Assembly: GCA_973895155.1 (NCBI GenBank)
Contig: OZ316898.1
Location: 3,720,480-3,784,479 of the forward strand
Length of the DNA stretch: 64,000 bases
Origin: Marsupella aquatica
Lineage: Eukaryota; Plantae; Marchantiophyta
Direction of reading: 5' to 3'
Both the position numbers and the translations under genes were made by a program. The notes under the pieces were generated by a model. That model ran no database searches. It was not told where the DNA came from and saw nothing but the letters and a program-made list of their open reading frames with translations. Below are positions 37,950-51,921 of this stretch, piece by piece (within the stretch, counting starts at the first letter, position 1; each line of letters starts with the position of its first letter).

Positions 37950-40900
37950 ATATACCAGGACACACACCATCATTTACACCATGACACTCACACCCATACA
38001 GGGCGTGAGTGATAGAGATCACATTATACAGCACTTCCGGGGAAAGAAGGGGTTGGATGAGTTGAGCAAATTAATTCCAGACAGGGAGGAACACAGGGAG
38101 ACGAAAATCGTGCGGCCATAATAGTAGGTCGGAAGATTTTCTCGATCCATCCATCGATCTACAAGCCCTTTACTCATTCATTTATTCATTCATCATCACG
38201 TCAGTCGACAAAGACGGACAATAGGTGGCCCAATTGGATTGTCCAAGCCCAGAGAGTGGGTTATCGATCGGGCATGGGGTTAACCAACCGAGCAGACAGG
38301 TGCAGACTGTTAAGGTGTTGATGAGCCATAGCCACAGCGGTGAAATCTGTGAAGGGATCAATCAGCATTGGGGTAGGATCATCGATCGGTTGACCTAATG
38401 CGTCCGGCGGGCGGGTTGACCGGCTGATTCCTCATCATCGTCAAGCTCTGAAAGGCAAAACTAGTACAGAACTGGAGAAACTCCGAACACCAGTACTTCA
38501 TTTCCGAAACGCCGGTCTGCTGGGGACGCCAGGTGCTACTGGGCTGGGGTGGCTGTATACATAATGTGACCGAAACAACAACGATTTTTTCATTCCCCCA
38601 TTTCTGAACACACTCGTTGCAGACCACGTTTCTCCAAACGCACGAGTACTCATGGAAGGAGTGGAGGGAGGGAGTGTAAGTACTTTGGGCTTGTAGGAAG
38701 GCATTTATCTGAGGAGTTCTGTACTCCCCAACTGAACTGAGGGCCATGTATTGCATCAGTCACTCAAGGTGGCATCTATTGGCTGTGGAGATCTCAGTTG
38801 GCAGTTTTGTAGGGAAAACTTTTCACGGCACGCTGGCACGCAGGCAGGCAAACTCCCAATCTCAGCAGCTTTCATTGCCGAGAGATTGCAGGACCTCGTC
38901 GATTGTGACAGACTAGTAGAGAAGCAGCAATTGAATTGAGTATTCAATCTAGCTGAATTTAGTGGTACCAGGAGCCCTGGCCGGATACGGAAACCGTCCA
39001 CTTGAGGAAACATTTTTTGTAATCTCGCTCGCACTTCGAGCTGTATAAATATGGAGAATTTACCATCACAAACTCTGCTCTATGCTAAGTCTGCCAACGT
39101 TGTGATTGGCTTGATGTAGGTCCCAACATTTTTGGTTTGCTTGTAGTGATTTGATTATTCGATCTGCTGATTGTCATGACTGTTCTAAATGACCTTTCCA
39201 TCAACCTCACCGCAGGTGGCTTGTGAAAGGGAGAGGTGAGACCATTCCCTTCATTGTAGCATAATTATACCTCAACTGTCAGCTTCAATTTCAAATTCTT
39301 TGTCATTAATAGGGGATTCGAAGCTCAACTTCGACCCTTCAGACACAGAAATGTACCATTGATTCCTAAAAGTTTGGAGAAGCGCGACTGATGAATTGAC
39401 CACCCCTTCATTGGTGGTCCCCCACCAGGACCCTGAGACGAACAGACTACAAATTTAAAAATTGCCCAGCATGGAGTGCTGTCCATTAATCGTGCTACCT
39501 GCCCTGTGTATAAAGTTCACATTTGCCACATAATTCCTTGTGTGCCTACAACATGCTAGTAAGATCCTTATTTTACGAACTTAACGCCACCACAGCCTCC
39601 ACTTTCGTAAGTCAACCCATGGCAGGGTCAGCGATCAAGCCAATTGATGTTCGTTCTCATGACCTTGGCGATGCCAGCCAGCTCAACCCTTTACCAAGCT
39701 TCTTATTTTAAATATTAAACTTGGATCTTCAAGGCAAACTTCACAGAGGTAAATTTCCAAGTTCTTAGTCCAGCAGACAGTAGTCGTACTGGTCATGAAA
39801 TGTCTTTTGACTACCGTAGCTTCGTTGATTTCTCAATTTTGTCTGCCTAATCGCTTTCGTTATCAGCTGCTCTGTTTCCAATGATTTTCTCGTGATCACA
39901 TATCCTTCGTTCAGCGGTAAAATTGGTCAAAGGGTTTGAGTAGGGCGAAAGAAATCGTGCCACTGGTTGGCTTACGGATAACAAACCCTTACCGTATTGT
40001 CAGTCAGTTGCTCAAAGGGATAAGATCAGTGGCTTCGAGGAAATTCGATACCCATCTACTAAGTCCTCTTTCAGGTCATCATCGTGGTCTTGAAAGTTGA
40101 AAAGCAAGCAGACCGCAATGCTCAGTCTGTTGATTTTCTCCTATTCACGACCATTTGAACTCCGCCACTTCTCTGATCAATAACGGCGAGCCTCAATTGC
40201 AAGGTCCCATGCAATGCACAAGCAGGTACAGAGATGGTAACGTTGGGCTTCCGATAGTCATCCTCGACTCCATCAGCCATCAATCGAGGACGGCGTATAA
40301 ACAGATTTAGCAAGGTGAGATTTGTAACCTGACAGAGAGAGGTCCGTGGTCAGATGTCCCTAAACTTGCCCGTAAAGAAAAAGTCGGGTATATGACGGGA
40401 AAGCTGCAGTAACAAGCTCTCCATCATTCAATTTCAGCATTTCAATGACGCTGATACGGAAGGTGGTCTGACTGCCCACCTCAGATCATGCTTTATTAGG
40501 TGAGTGAGGAGTTTAATGCCATTTTGTAGTTGAGCAATTCAGTCAGAAAAGGATTCGACTGGAGCTCCAAGAACATTTATAAACACGAGACATAAGACAC
40601 GAGACATAAGGCATGTGGGTCCAACTGAGGCATGAATCCAGCTTTTGTACCAAACCCTTAAGACAAACCTTTGAATATGTACAAAAATGAAGAAGCCAGA
40701 TAAACCACTCTCTAAATCTGGAACGAAAATTCCTTCCAGATGCTTTTGCTTGTGTCACTCTTTTTTGAAAGAATATTTGAGCAACGATAGCAAAACACGG
40801 GATCCACAGAATTCTCTTAGAGGTTCTCTTAGACAGTAATGTTTGAAACTAGCATTATGAACAAATCGAAGTCCTGAAAGTCTAACCTCTTTTTAAATTG

Positions 40901-42432
40901 AATTTCTGGGTTTGCACATTCTGAAAAGATGTTACAGAAGGGAGAAACCTTTTCTTCTTTTTTAGAAATGAAAAGGAAAACCTTTAGGATCCAAAAATGT
41001 CTTGAGAGTTTAGTCAATCCAAGAGGAAAGCTGATTCAAGGCCCATAAGTCGGATTCACTATAAGCTAAAATCAACACATCTTTCATTAAGGAATTTTGT
41101 ATCTCCCACCTAAACATTTGTGCTAAGAACACAATCACGGGATCATTGCCAGTTGTTGTTTGACATAATTATGAAAGGTCTTACACAGAGGCTCATTAAA
41201 AGGTAATGAGATAAGGTTAATTCCACAATCACTCCTGTCGTTGGTTTATTGGAGAGAATATACTTCAAGGCGTGCTCAAATACTGTGACAAGAAGTAATC
41301 AATGTAATTAGTAGAGTAGGAAATTTGAGATTGCTGAATATTCATCATATTAATTCTGGCTATTCTCCAAATTGTAAGACTCCCTAATATCTCGTTTGTC
41401 CACCACCTGCTAGAGGCAAGGGCAGGTGGGGGGCATGCCTTAAAATACCAATTGCAGGTAGTTGTCCCATCCCGTGGGCTGGCCATTTGGTACCTGGGAT
41501 TTTTTGTTCCAGCACTTAAAATATCCCATTGTAGGCGAAAAAAAAATTCAAATACCAATGCCATACATGTGTCACTTGTAGGCTTTAATTACGACATTAG
41601 ATGGGGACCATTAGATCATCGCACTCTACACTATTGGATCGATGTTTTTAAATTTGTTTTCTAAGTCTCCAGGTCTCCATTTTGAGTTTGCTGTTTGTCC
41701 TATCTGGACCCCTTTTACTTTTTACTCCACTGTACTTTGTTCTTCGCCTTTAATAACATACTCTCCCAATTTAAAATCATGGTATTCCGTTTACACAAAC
41801 CTCCCGTGTCTATCCCCCACGACCTTTGAATATCATATCACTTTCTGTCGATTACCGTGCTTGATTTTCACTCCTGAGAAACATCCGTCGCACCAGCGAA
41901 AATCGAGCACACCAATCGAATCATCGCTCCCTCTCTCTCTCGCCTCTGCTCGTTCTGCCGATATCCTTGCTTGATTTTCGCTCCTCCTGCTTCAGCAACA
42001 GTACCGGATCCTACATTGTGGCTCTGTTGCATTTCGGTTTTTTTTCTGGAGCAAGGTTTTTTTCTGGAGCCACCCCAGATATCATTCCCTACTGTACCTT
42101 CTTTTGGTAGCTAGACGTGGCTCAGTGCTGCAACTCTGCGAGTGAAGCTTTTTTCCGCAGTCATGCTGCAGCAGCGCATGACACTTCACAGTTCGCACAT
42201 CAATCTACGTAGCTGATCCTCAAGTTTAGGGTTGTTGGTGTGCGGAAAGGAACATGTTGACCGGAACTGTCAGGAGCTCATCGGAGGGAGCAAAAGTATC
42301 CTCGGGCAGCACGGATGGATGGGGGGGTATGGATGGGGCGAAACTGCGGAAGGATTCATCGATTTCTGGCTTTCCAGAATTATGATCCATGCCCTCACGG
42401 CTACAGTAAAGTCTGGTCCACGCCGACTTGGT

Positions 42433-43160
42433 ACTTTCTGGATCTGCGTCACAGTCCCGCCCTCGCTTTGGTTGAAGCCTGGAACTCTGGAAGCTGTGTA
42501 AAGGCCACGGCGTCACGTAGTTGGGAAGAGCGATTCACGCAGACTACGGTAGGGACTTTCTGAATCAGCGTCATGCTCGAAGCCTAGCTTTGGTTGAAGC
42601 CTGGAAGCCTGAATGCTTTGTAGAGGCCACGGCGTCACGCAGTCGGGGAGGGGAGGAGGAGATTCACGCAGACTGCGCATGCACTTTCTGAATCTGCGTC
42701 ATACTCGAGCCCGAGCTTTGGTTGGAGCCTGGAACTCTAGTAAAGCTCACGGCCTCACGCGGTCAGGAAGAGAGCGGAGGAGATTCACGCAGAATTGGCA
42801 CTTTCTGTACGTGCGTCATACTGGAGCCCTAGCTTTGGTTGAAGCCTGGAACTCTGGTAAAGCTCGCGGCGTCACGCGGTAGGATCGGGAGAGGACGAGA
42901 TTGCGCACACTAGGCAATTTCTGAATGTGCGTCTAGCGGAGCACGAGCTTTGGTTGGAGCCCGGAACTCTGGTAAACCCCTTGCGTCACGCGGTCGGGAA
43001 GAGGGAGGAGGAGATTAACGCAGAAATAGCACTTTTCGTCACATTCGACTATTCGAGTTCGAGCCCGAGCTTGGTTGAAGCCTGGAATGGAAGTCTGGAT
43101 TCTGGAAGCTTTGTAATTTGTAAAGGTCACGGAGTCTTCACGCCGTCGGGAAGTGGGAAG
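42433..43160. repeat. ~120-bp tandem array, about 6 units
   Basis: Unit starts (ACTTTCTG-like) at 42433, 42555, 42683, 42800, 42917 and 43031. Conserved GCTTTGGTTG(A/G)AGCCTGGAACTCT and GGCGTCACGC.GTCGG. Confidence 0.88.
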
Positions 43161-44558
43161 AGGATATTCAATAGGAGGAGGGCCGGAGGGGGGGCAACGC
43201 TCGATCACGTACTGGCGTGCCAGCCAGCGCGAGCTGCTCGAGGGCGGGCGATTATTCCTTTCCATGCACACTTGCACACATCCCCTTCCGGTCAACATTG
43301 ATGCGTTCGTTCATTCGCTCATTGATTCGTTTCGTTTGTTCCGCATTGATTGCCGCATCTCAAACAGTATTCTCATCTCGTTTCATGTGTTCCTTCATTC
43401 GTGCATTCCTCCTTTTCCAATCTTTTGTGCTCTTTTCAATTAGTTAATTAATTAGTTTGGAACAGTCAGCGACAGACCAACGATTCTTTGGCGCACAGTC
43501 GAGGAAGTCAACCAAATCTGAAAATGCAGCCAGCCAAATCGTACCGAACCACATCAGCAGCAAACAGCCATCATGCTTCATGCTTGCTCGCTTTCTCATC
43601 AGTAAGTAAAAGCTGCTCCCTCTTGCCCCCAAAGTATCGGTTGTACACCGCTCACCCCAAAATAGTGTTGCTGACATTCTTTACGAACTACATACAAAAA
43701 CTGAGCACCCATGAATTACTACTGCCAAACAATTCCCCTAAACTGCAGTTTTTTAAAACATTTTTTCTCACAAGCTGACAACTGGGATACCCCAGGTGCA
43801 TTGATTGTTGAAATATGTACGGGACCAAGTACAAATGCACGAATTATGAGAAAACTTTTCCTAGTTTTCTTTTCAATTCTGAGGTGTATGCTTGATGGAC
43901 CCTGCCAAAAGAAATTTAGGTGATAGTCCTCATGAAACTTTTGTGACAAACTAGACTCCCTTTTACATTTTTGTGTCAAATGTTCTTATAAAGTTCTTAT
44001 AAAGAATTTTAGCTTGATATTACCATCAGTAAGAGCTACTCTTAAGTTTAGAGTCAAACCATGTCTAATGACAAACTACACCATTGGGAACTGCAGAGTA
44101 ATGGTGGTTGTTTCTTGAATTGCAAGTTTCTAAATGAAAACAATATGGTTCATGTCTTCAGGTTTGAATTTCATCTTTAGGTTGTTTCACAAAACCTATG
44201 CAGAGAGTTTGCATGATGTTCCCACGTTTCTCTTTGTTCTTTTTTTCAAAGTATGGAATGAATCCTCTCTAATCTTGGCCATTGGTCCCTAATGCAACAA
44301 TTAAAAATTGTCTCCTCACAACTAGACCCCAAACTTGTCTAAGTGTGGAAAAAACCAAGGATCTTTCACTCTCTTGGTTGTTTTTCCCTTGTGGCAACTT
44401 TCAAAAATTGTCTAAGTGTGAAAAATAGACACCATGAACTCAATCATAATGGGAAAGTTTTGCTAGCCTGCAAGAACTAGACTGAATTTTTAGACTAAAT
44501 CTTGTACGAACACACCATCTTGTTGCGCACTATAATCATGTCAAGCATAAACGTACTC

Positions 44559-44828
44559 TATAATCATGTGAAAGACATAATCCATTATGTCTTTAAGCAT
44601 AGACGTATGCCCGGTGGACTGTGACGCAACATGCAATGCATTGTGGTGGGAATGTACGGTTTACCATGCATTTAGGCACCACATAAGAACCATGTGTATG
44701 GAAACTATGTTGGGGGCCCAGTTGGTAACAACATTTTTGTGGAGGGCCTAGTTTGTAACAAAACTTTAGTAGGGGTATGTCACATAAATTTGTTTTGGGA
44801 AGGGTCCCATCAAGCATAAATATACCTC
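44559..44828. repeat. Dispersed repeat, copy 2 (see 894-1112)
   Basis: Collinear similarity to 894-1112 with two short insertions. Confidence 0.8.
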
Positions 44829-44830
44829 TT

Positions 44831-45809
44831 TTCAAATCACTTCACTTCACTATCTTTTCAATTTTCTAAGCACAAGTAACAAAACTTTGCTTTGTTCTAG
44901 GGCTTTTAAAATAACAAGGGTGTGAGTGGGAGCAGATGTTTCTGGCCATGGGCCCTCACTCCATGTAAAAGAAGTGGACCCCCTTGCAATCGGGACCTCT
45001 TCCTGTTTACCCCTTGTTATTTCCATTTTACTATAAAAAGTTCCTTTATTATCAGTAATAATTATAATTATTAAGTTCAAAATGAATTAAAAAACTACCC
45101 TTTGAGCCTCTACCCTTGCAAGAGCTCCCTTGCCCCTCCGTGGAAACTGTTTGCTTGCAGCCTCGCTTGGGAACGGTGACCACACATGCGGCTAGCCCCA
45201 TCCCCTTGTTGCCACCTGTTGGGCTATCACCATGCAAGGCTGCTTGTTTGGATGGGCGTAATAGTGGCCTCGCCCTAGTGGTCGGCACCAGCTTTGCTCG
45301 ATAGAGAGTCGGGTCGGCTTTGGGATACGGTTGATTGGCACCCATGGCCTGCCTTTGTTGGTGCGCTTTTGGGTTGGTCTTCTTCAGTGGTCCGCATTGG
45401 CCTACTGCTGTGGGGGAGCCACACTGTCTCCGGGCCCTTCATGGATGGTGTCTCTTCCAGTTTGAGGTTCTTAATTTTTGGCATCCTCCTCTCTTTGCGT
45501 TGTGTTTCTCTTTTATGCCTCTTCATCTCTATTTTGGCCCTTTCTTTGTCATAGCATTGCTTCTTGGATGGAGTTTCATTGTTTGTGCATGTGGCTGCAA
45601 ACGCGCTGTTGCCTCCGCCTCCTCATCAGGCTCCTCATCCCCAACATCATCCCTTGTCCACTCTCACCCGCGGCTGTCATGTGGATGATGTGGACTCCTG
45701 GATCCCCTGGGCCCCCACTTCTGCTAAAATACTTGCACCCCCCTCCTCCTTGTTATTATTTTTTATCAATCATGTTTATCCTTGTTACTTAGAAAATTGA
45801 TGATTTGAG
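44831..45809. mobile_element. Possible old foldback/Mutator-like non-autonomous element
   Basis: Degenerate long inverted ends: TCAAATCA..TCAATTTTCTAAG..TAACAA..AATAACAAGG versus the reverse complement of 45700-45809. GC-rich interior, no TSD. Confidence 0.3.
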
Positions 45810-46856
45810 CAATAGTTTGGATCCTTTAGTCCATTATATATTACCAATTTCAAAGATTATAATTATGCTTCATTAGTTACAATACAACTACATTTCATTA
45901 GAATGTGCATCATAGCTAGAGAAATGACAAACCCAGAGCACCAAGCAAGAGAGACAAAGCTAGGGAAACACTGACAAGAGAGAGCCTGACAAGAGTGAGA
46001 TAGGCGTAAAAAATACCATAAGCCAAATGAGGGGAGGCATTTAGAGGCAAGGGTTCTGGGTGGGTTTTGGGTCAAAGACTGACTTTGACCCAAATCAAAA
46101 CGCCTTGAAACACACTTGAGGGTTGAGTCCACCCACTTGGGACCACATATCAATCAATGTAGGGCCTAGATGTGCTCTCCCTCCAATCCAGTGGCCCGGG
46201 TTTGGCCCATTGTGTTTCCTCTTGAAAAATTCCTAAGCCTTAAACCCCAAACCTCCCAATAAACTCTTTTGTCCACCTGGACCTAAAACCTACAGGCCCA
46301 TAAGGAATGAATATTCCATACTTGAAGGTGGGTATAGTGTCATATATATATGAAGGTGCATTGGGTATAGTTGACACCTGACCCGCTGATCTGATGACGC
46401 TGTCATTATCTATTGGGGCCTCCCTTTGAGAAATCTAATCCAGGTTGAATATTCAATACACTACAGTGCTTGCATGCCATGTTCACAATAGAAATGCAGG
46501 TTGCTGAGTTGTAATTGAATTCTAAAATCTACCTTAAAATGAATTAAAATGACCCTTGAATCGTTCTCACGTTCGACCCGTATTGCCTTAGAGTAGGGGC
46601 CCAGGCTCCTGGGTGAATGATGTTTTGGAGACTCTCCCCAATGACCCCTCTCTTTGTGTTCCTGACCTTCCTCTTGGGTCTTCCTGGGGCCTCTTACCCT
46701 TCTGTTTGCCTCCCTTTATTGGGTTGCTTTGCTTTTGGGACCATGTCTCCTGGTTTGGTATTTTTGTTCCTTTGCATTGTTCCCCATTGCTGTATTCTGA
46801 GAGGGAGTTAGGATTGCTTGAAGAGACAATTAATATATGATTCTAACACAGGGTTA

Positions 46857-47156
46857 TGTTAAGTACAATTGAATTACATATAAGAGTTGTTGAGGTTAGA
46901 TTATTGGAGAGAGTATTATACCCTTGTGAGAGCACTTCATTGTGCTCTCTCAGTCTCTCACTCTTGAAAATGCTATTTAAGTATGTGCACAATCGAAAAC
47001 CAGGAGCTTGCCAGGCTATGGCAGATGTGCTTGGATTGTGAATAGTGATTCTTCTCTTGGCCATGGACATAGACCAGGTGGGGTGAACCACATATGTGTG
47101 TCATTGTTGATTGTTTGATTGCATACTGGTTCTAAGTGGTGTTGTGTTGCACAACA
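46857..47156 (+). mobile_element. Probable copia solo-LTR remnant
   Basis: TGTT...CAACA ends, TATTTAA, and a GGACATAGACC..GGTGAACCACATA motif like that in the neighbouring LTRs. No TSD. Confidence 0.45.
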
Positions 47157-47281
47157 TTGTCTTTTAAACTTGGTTTCAGATTCTTGGGGATTTTTTCATG
47201 AGATCAGGTTCTTTTAGGATGCAACAGTAGTGTGAAGTTTAGAGATGTTGCCATTCTCTTCATTAGAAGGTGACAAGCGTT

Positions 47282-47625
47282 TGTTAAGGATTGCTCTTAG
47301 TCTTGTGACTCATGGGTTACGGCATTTAGGCTAACCACAGTTAGGGACTTAGCTGAGGTTGGGTTAGTCGTGTATGACCTTGCATATACCCCCGCATATA
47401 CCATGGCTAGTGTAAGTCGCTGGTACGTAGTGCTTGCTCATTGTAACAGAGCAACTTGAGGAAGAGAGAGAGCTTGTGTGTTCGACGACTCTTGAAGTAA
47501 AGTTGTTGTGTTTGTGTGGACGTAGCCTTGGAGAAGAGGTGAATCGCATATGGATTGTGTTGACTACGTGAGCATGATATGAGTCATGATTGTATTGTCA
47601 TCAAGGAGGGCATCATAGTTAAATA
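47282..47625 (+). repeat. 5' LTR of copia element 2
   Basis: Aligns end to end with 59058-59405 and is followed by the Met PBS. Confidence 0.92.
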
Positions 47626-48420
47626 ATTGGTATCAAAGCAATCTCGGGATGTGACAATAGGATTTTTCATGACGGTTTTTCCAGCGGTTAGTGTTGGTTG
47701 ATTTCACGGAGTTTTATCGCATCAAACTTGGAGGTGTTGGGCTCAATGGATAGATTGGGAAAGGGCTTTCTAACAGTGCTTTAGAAATCACTGATCAGAG
47801 TTTGTGGTGTGGCATAATCAAAGTTGTTGTCGTTCTGGATTTTTTGTGAAAAGATATTCATGTTCGACGAAGGAGGGACCTGAGATTGTTATCTCGACGG
47901 TGTGAGCTTTGCGGTGCGTGAGGCGCTGCATGCTATAGCTCAAATTGTAGATCGGGTGAAGCTAGTCATTTGGTATCTGGTTTATTCTCGAGGGTGAACC
48001 GAGTGCGACGCAACAAGCAAAAGAGATGTTTCTGGTTTTTCATGCTCATTTTCATGGCTATGGAGATATAGCTAGCCTTGGCTGAAGCGGGTTTCTCAAC
48101 ATCGCGCTTGGCTGGGGGGGAGAAACGCAAAGTGCTAAGGCTCAACGGAGAGATTGCAGTAAGGTGGTCGTTTTGAGTCCAGGATTGGCACTTGACGTGG
48201 GGTAAAGGTGTCACTTGTCTACCCAACCATTTATACGTAAAATACTACTCTCCTGTGCATAAACTGTTGATATCGTGTTACGGGGTCGTGGAGGGATGCT
48301 ATTTGGAGGATTTCCACACCTAAGGATGAGTATATTTGATTCCGCTCCCGGAAATGTAATTTTTGATCAAGTCTACCGACTAGCCATTCTTTGCTTTTGA
48401 TCAAGTCCCATGGACTACAC

Positions 48421-48443
48421 CACACACACACACACACACACAC
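48421..48443. repeat. (CA)n microsatellite
   Basis: About 11 CA units. Confidence 0.9.
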
Positions 48444-49459
48444 TTCTACTGGTCGTTGTGGAGTGCTGTCACCACCCCCCCTTTCCTTAACTGGTTGACC
48501 AACCCAAGCAAGGATTTCTTAGACACTTCCTGGGGAAGAACACAATCGTGAACCGGAAAACATAACGCAACACCAAACTTGAGAAATCAAATCAAATCCA
48601 TCTCTTTTGGTAAAAAGGATAACACATTGCAAGGATAACCCATCCTCTTGCCGTCTGTCCAACTCCTGCCTCAATGGGGCAAGCGCTACCCTCTACCTCA
48701 CTACTCTGACTCGGTTCCTCCTTCTGGTCCTCCGCTAACTTCCAGTAAGCAAACACTATACTGAGTTCCCCCCCTAACTACTCCGGGGCTCTCCCCCTAA
48801 ATACCAAAAAACACACCAAAGCACCCCTCACGGGGCCACAACGATGGCGGCTTACCCTAGCGGCGCCGCTAAATCCTTCACTAAGAAACCCTGAACTAAA
48901 AGCATGCGGCACACACATGCTTCTAAAACCCTAAACTAACAATGGGGCCGACGGTGCCTTCGACGGCGCCCCAACATTACTCTGTGAACCGTGAAATTGC
49001 AAGGAACCCCACAATGGCCAAAACTAGGTGCCCTTCCACTTGCACTTTTGAGTTCACCCCTGGATATCCCTCCTCCTCTTGATCATGAATCACTCAACCG
49101 CTCTTGAAACGGACATCGAACGACCAAGTTATGGCCGTTTCAGTATCCCATAAACCCAACTTCGTCGGGCCCTAACTTGCTCTTCCTGGCTCCGTTTGAG
49201 GAGCGCTGCCTCTTGTTGGAATCAGCTCCGCGAGCTCTTTTCAACAAGCCCGTGAGTGACCCCTCACAAAAAGTTGGAAAGTCAAGGGGCCGTACAACCA
49301 CGTCCGTACGACCATTCTAATCCTCCTCCTCTTCACTCACGGTGCCCTAGTTTGAGCCCCGTGAGTGGGCCTCCTCATCATTCTCCACTGGAGTGAGTGC
49401 CACTTCACTCCTCTTCTTCTTCACCGGGGTACTCCTTGTGCTAGTGCTCCCCTGCTTCC

Positions 49460-51171
49460 TCAAATTGGCCAAGGCCTGCCACGCCTGATGTACCCCTCAC
49501 CAATGGTGTCCTTCCATAAGGCCGCCTCTTCACCGGACCGCAACTCCAACGGTAAAACCTGCCCGGTGGCCATGGGAGTCCCAGGGGTGACAGATCGGGG
49601 TGGCATCCCCGTGTTGACCTGAGCCTCTCGTAACGATTTACGTACCTCCCTCAGCTTCTTCTCTAAGCTCTTGCTCTTCTCTTGACTCTTCTTGGCTGCA
49701 TCCAACAGGGATCCATACTTCCCACTGACTTCCTTCACCACCATCTGAATGGCCCTGGAGATCAAATCCGGGGAAAGTGTGGAGCTAGGTGTGCAGGGGC
49801 TCTTCCGTTTCCCCAGACTCAAGGCCTCACTCCTCTTAGCCCTTGTCTCAAAGATCACCATTTGACTCCGTAGTGCTCCCACCTGGGCTCTTAACTCCAC
49901 CACTTCTCCAGAATTCTGCTTCTCTTTGGCCAATGCCTATTTCAATACTCCAACCTCTTCCGCTTCCTTGGCCTTGGTGGACAAGGCTCCCTTCAAGTTG
50001 GAGATCTCTACGTGAGCTGCTTGGAGAAGCTTAACCTTCTCATGAATGGCCTCCTCCTTGGCCTTGATCACCTCCTTCATAGATAGGGCACTCTGCTCCA
50101 AAGTCTCTACTCTGGCGGTGGCCTACTTGAGAGAATCTCTCAATGCGTGGACTAGCTTGAGTCCCTCATGGACTCCCTCCCGGAAATCCCGTAACTCCGA
50201 CAAGTAGACATCAGGAATGTCGTAGACCAGGGGCTCCTCCGGATCTCCCACAAGTGATTCAAGCCACTCCAATGTGGAGTCCTCATCCTGGTTTTCTTCC
50301 TCTCTATTATCATCCCCAACCGCCGATGATGATCCCTCCGTTAGTTTCCCCAAGATGGTAGTGGCAATACTCCTGATTTCCGTGGTAAGGGATGATCCAG
50401 AGTCTTCTTGTCCCGAGGAAATAATCCACCCTTCTGCTCTGGCCAGCAAAAATGACCCCATCAAATGTACAGCCCCACCTGGTTTCACACTCCCGGGATC
50501 GGCGTCCAATAGCCTCTTCAACCCGTAGTACCACCATCCGTACACATGGGCTGGATAGTTCTTGATGTCCATAGCTACCACAAAATGCTCTCCATTCACC
50601 ACCCCGGATTGCACGTTACCAAGGAACCGTTGATGAACCTTGGCCAGAAATCCCTTGTGCTCAGCATCCTTGACGGCGGAAAGAGGAATGGAAGTAGTGG
50701 AGGTGGGATTAATCACCCAACCATTGTCACCATTGTCAACGTGAGCTCTCCCCTTATGTTCCGAGGTGTGAATGAGAATTGTTGGTTCTCCAGAAACAGA
50801 AGCTTAGCTAACTCCACATGGGGCACTACCCGTTGGAGACATTCAAAGTAGATTCCTTCCATACGTAACTCCATCCCGGCCTCAATGTTCCAACTCTTCC
50901 CCGAAGGGATCGTAATCTCCACCTTCATGAACTCCGTGAGCCCGGTGGCTTGAAAAATATTCCTACAATCCTCCATCACCTTGGCGGAGGTTTTGGGATA
51001 AATTCGACGGAAAACCTTCCTACTCACCGGTGTGGAACTTGCCGCCAGTCCAGTACTCATCGTAGCTTCTCTCTCTTCTCTCTCTCTTACAATCAATGTC
51101 TCAACATAGTCACGGTAAGCAGCCTTGTATCTCCAAACGCGTGCCGCACTAAACTCCGGTTGATCCAGCAT
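49460..51171 (-). pseudogene. Decayed ~570-codon ORF of unknown function with a C-terminal coiled coil (retroelement accessory ORF-like)
   Basis: ORFs 50713-51171, 50123-50716 and 49460-49933 join through one frameshift and two in-frame TAG stops. The bridging sequence reads ATARVETLEQSALSMKEVIKAKEEAIHEKVKLLQAAHVEISNLKGALSTKAKEAEEVGVLK*ALAKEKQ. Confidence 0.7.
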
Positions 51172-51600
51172 CCATGCATCCAGAAATCAAATCCTCAATC
51201 ACCAAATCCCGTCACCCATAGCAATGTCAATTTCCTGGCCCAAAATGGCCCCGGTATCCCGATCAATCAATTACCCTCAATTTCCTCAGAAGCCACTCCG
51301 TGCTGCTGCCGCTAATGCCCGAAAGAATCATGCCAACAAGCCCCAACAATTGACCATGAGAAAGGGCTTCCAAAATAATTGCAAAATGTGGAGAGAGCTT
51401 TCGGCAAGAGTTGACAGAGAGCCCGAGTTTTTGCTTTCGGCAATGAGTTGGTCTTGCAAAAGAGAGGAAGTGAGAAAATAGGAAGGAAAAAAAAGGAAAC
51501 CCCGTGGCTCCTTTACTAATTTTCCCTCGCGGCTGCGCCTTGCTTACGCCCTTAACTCGCGGCTGCGCCTTGCACCCCGACACCCTTTTACTCCTCCTCG

Positions 51601-51921
51601 CGGCTGCCCCTCGCTTACGCCCCGGCAGCCCCTTTTGGGTCTCCGCCTACTCGTGGGGCGGCCCTCCGTCTCGCGCCTGCTGCCTCCCAACTTGCGGGCA
51701 TGCAGCCTTACGTTGGGCCCTCCACCTGGCGCCCCACGGCTCGCAGGCTCCTCCTCCCCGACTGCCCCTCGCTTACGTCCCGGCACCCCCTTTTGGGGCT
51801 CCGCCTACTCGCGGGGCGGCCCTCCATTTCGCGCCTGCAGCCTCCCAACTTGCGGGCACGCAGCCTTACGCTGGGCCCTCCACCTGGCGCCCCACGGCTC
51901 GCGGGCTCCTCCTCCCCGGCT
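51601..51921. repeat. GC-rich 158-bp tandem duplication
   Basis: CG(G/A)CTGCCCCTCGCTTACG...GGCTCCTCCTCCCC begins at 51601 and again at 51759. Confidence 0.92.
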
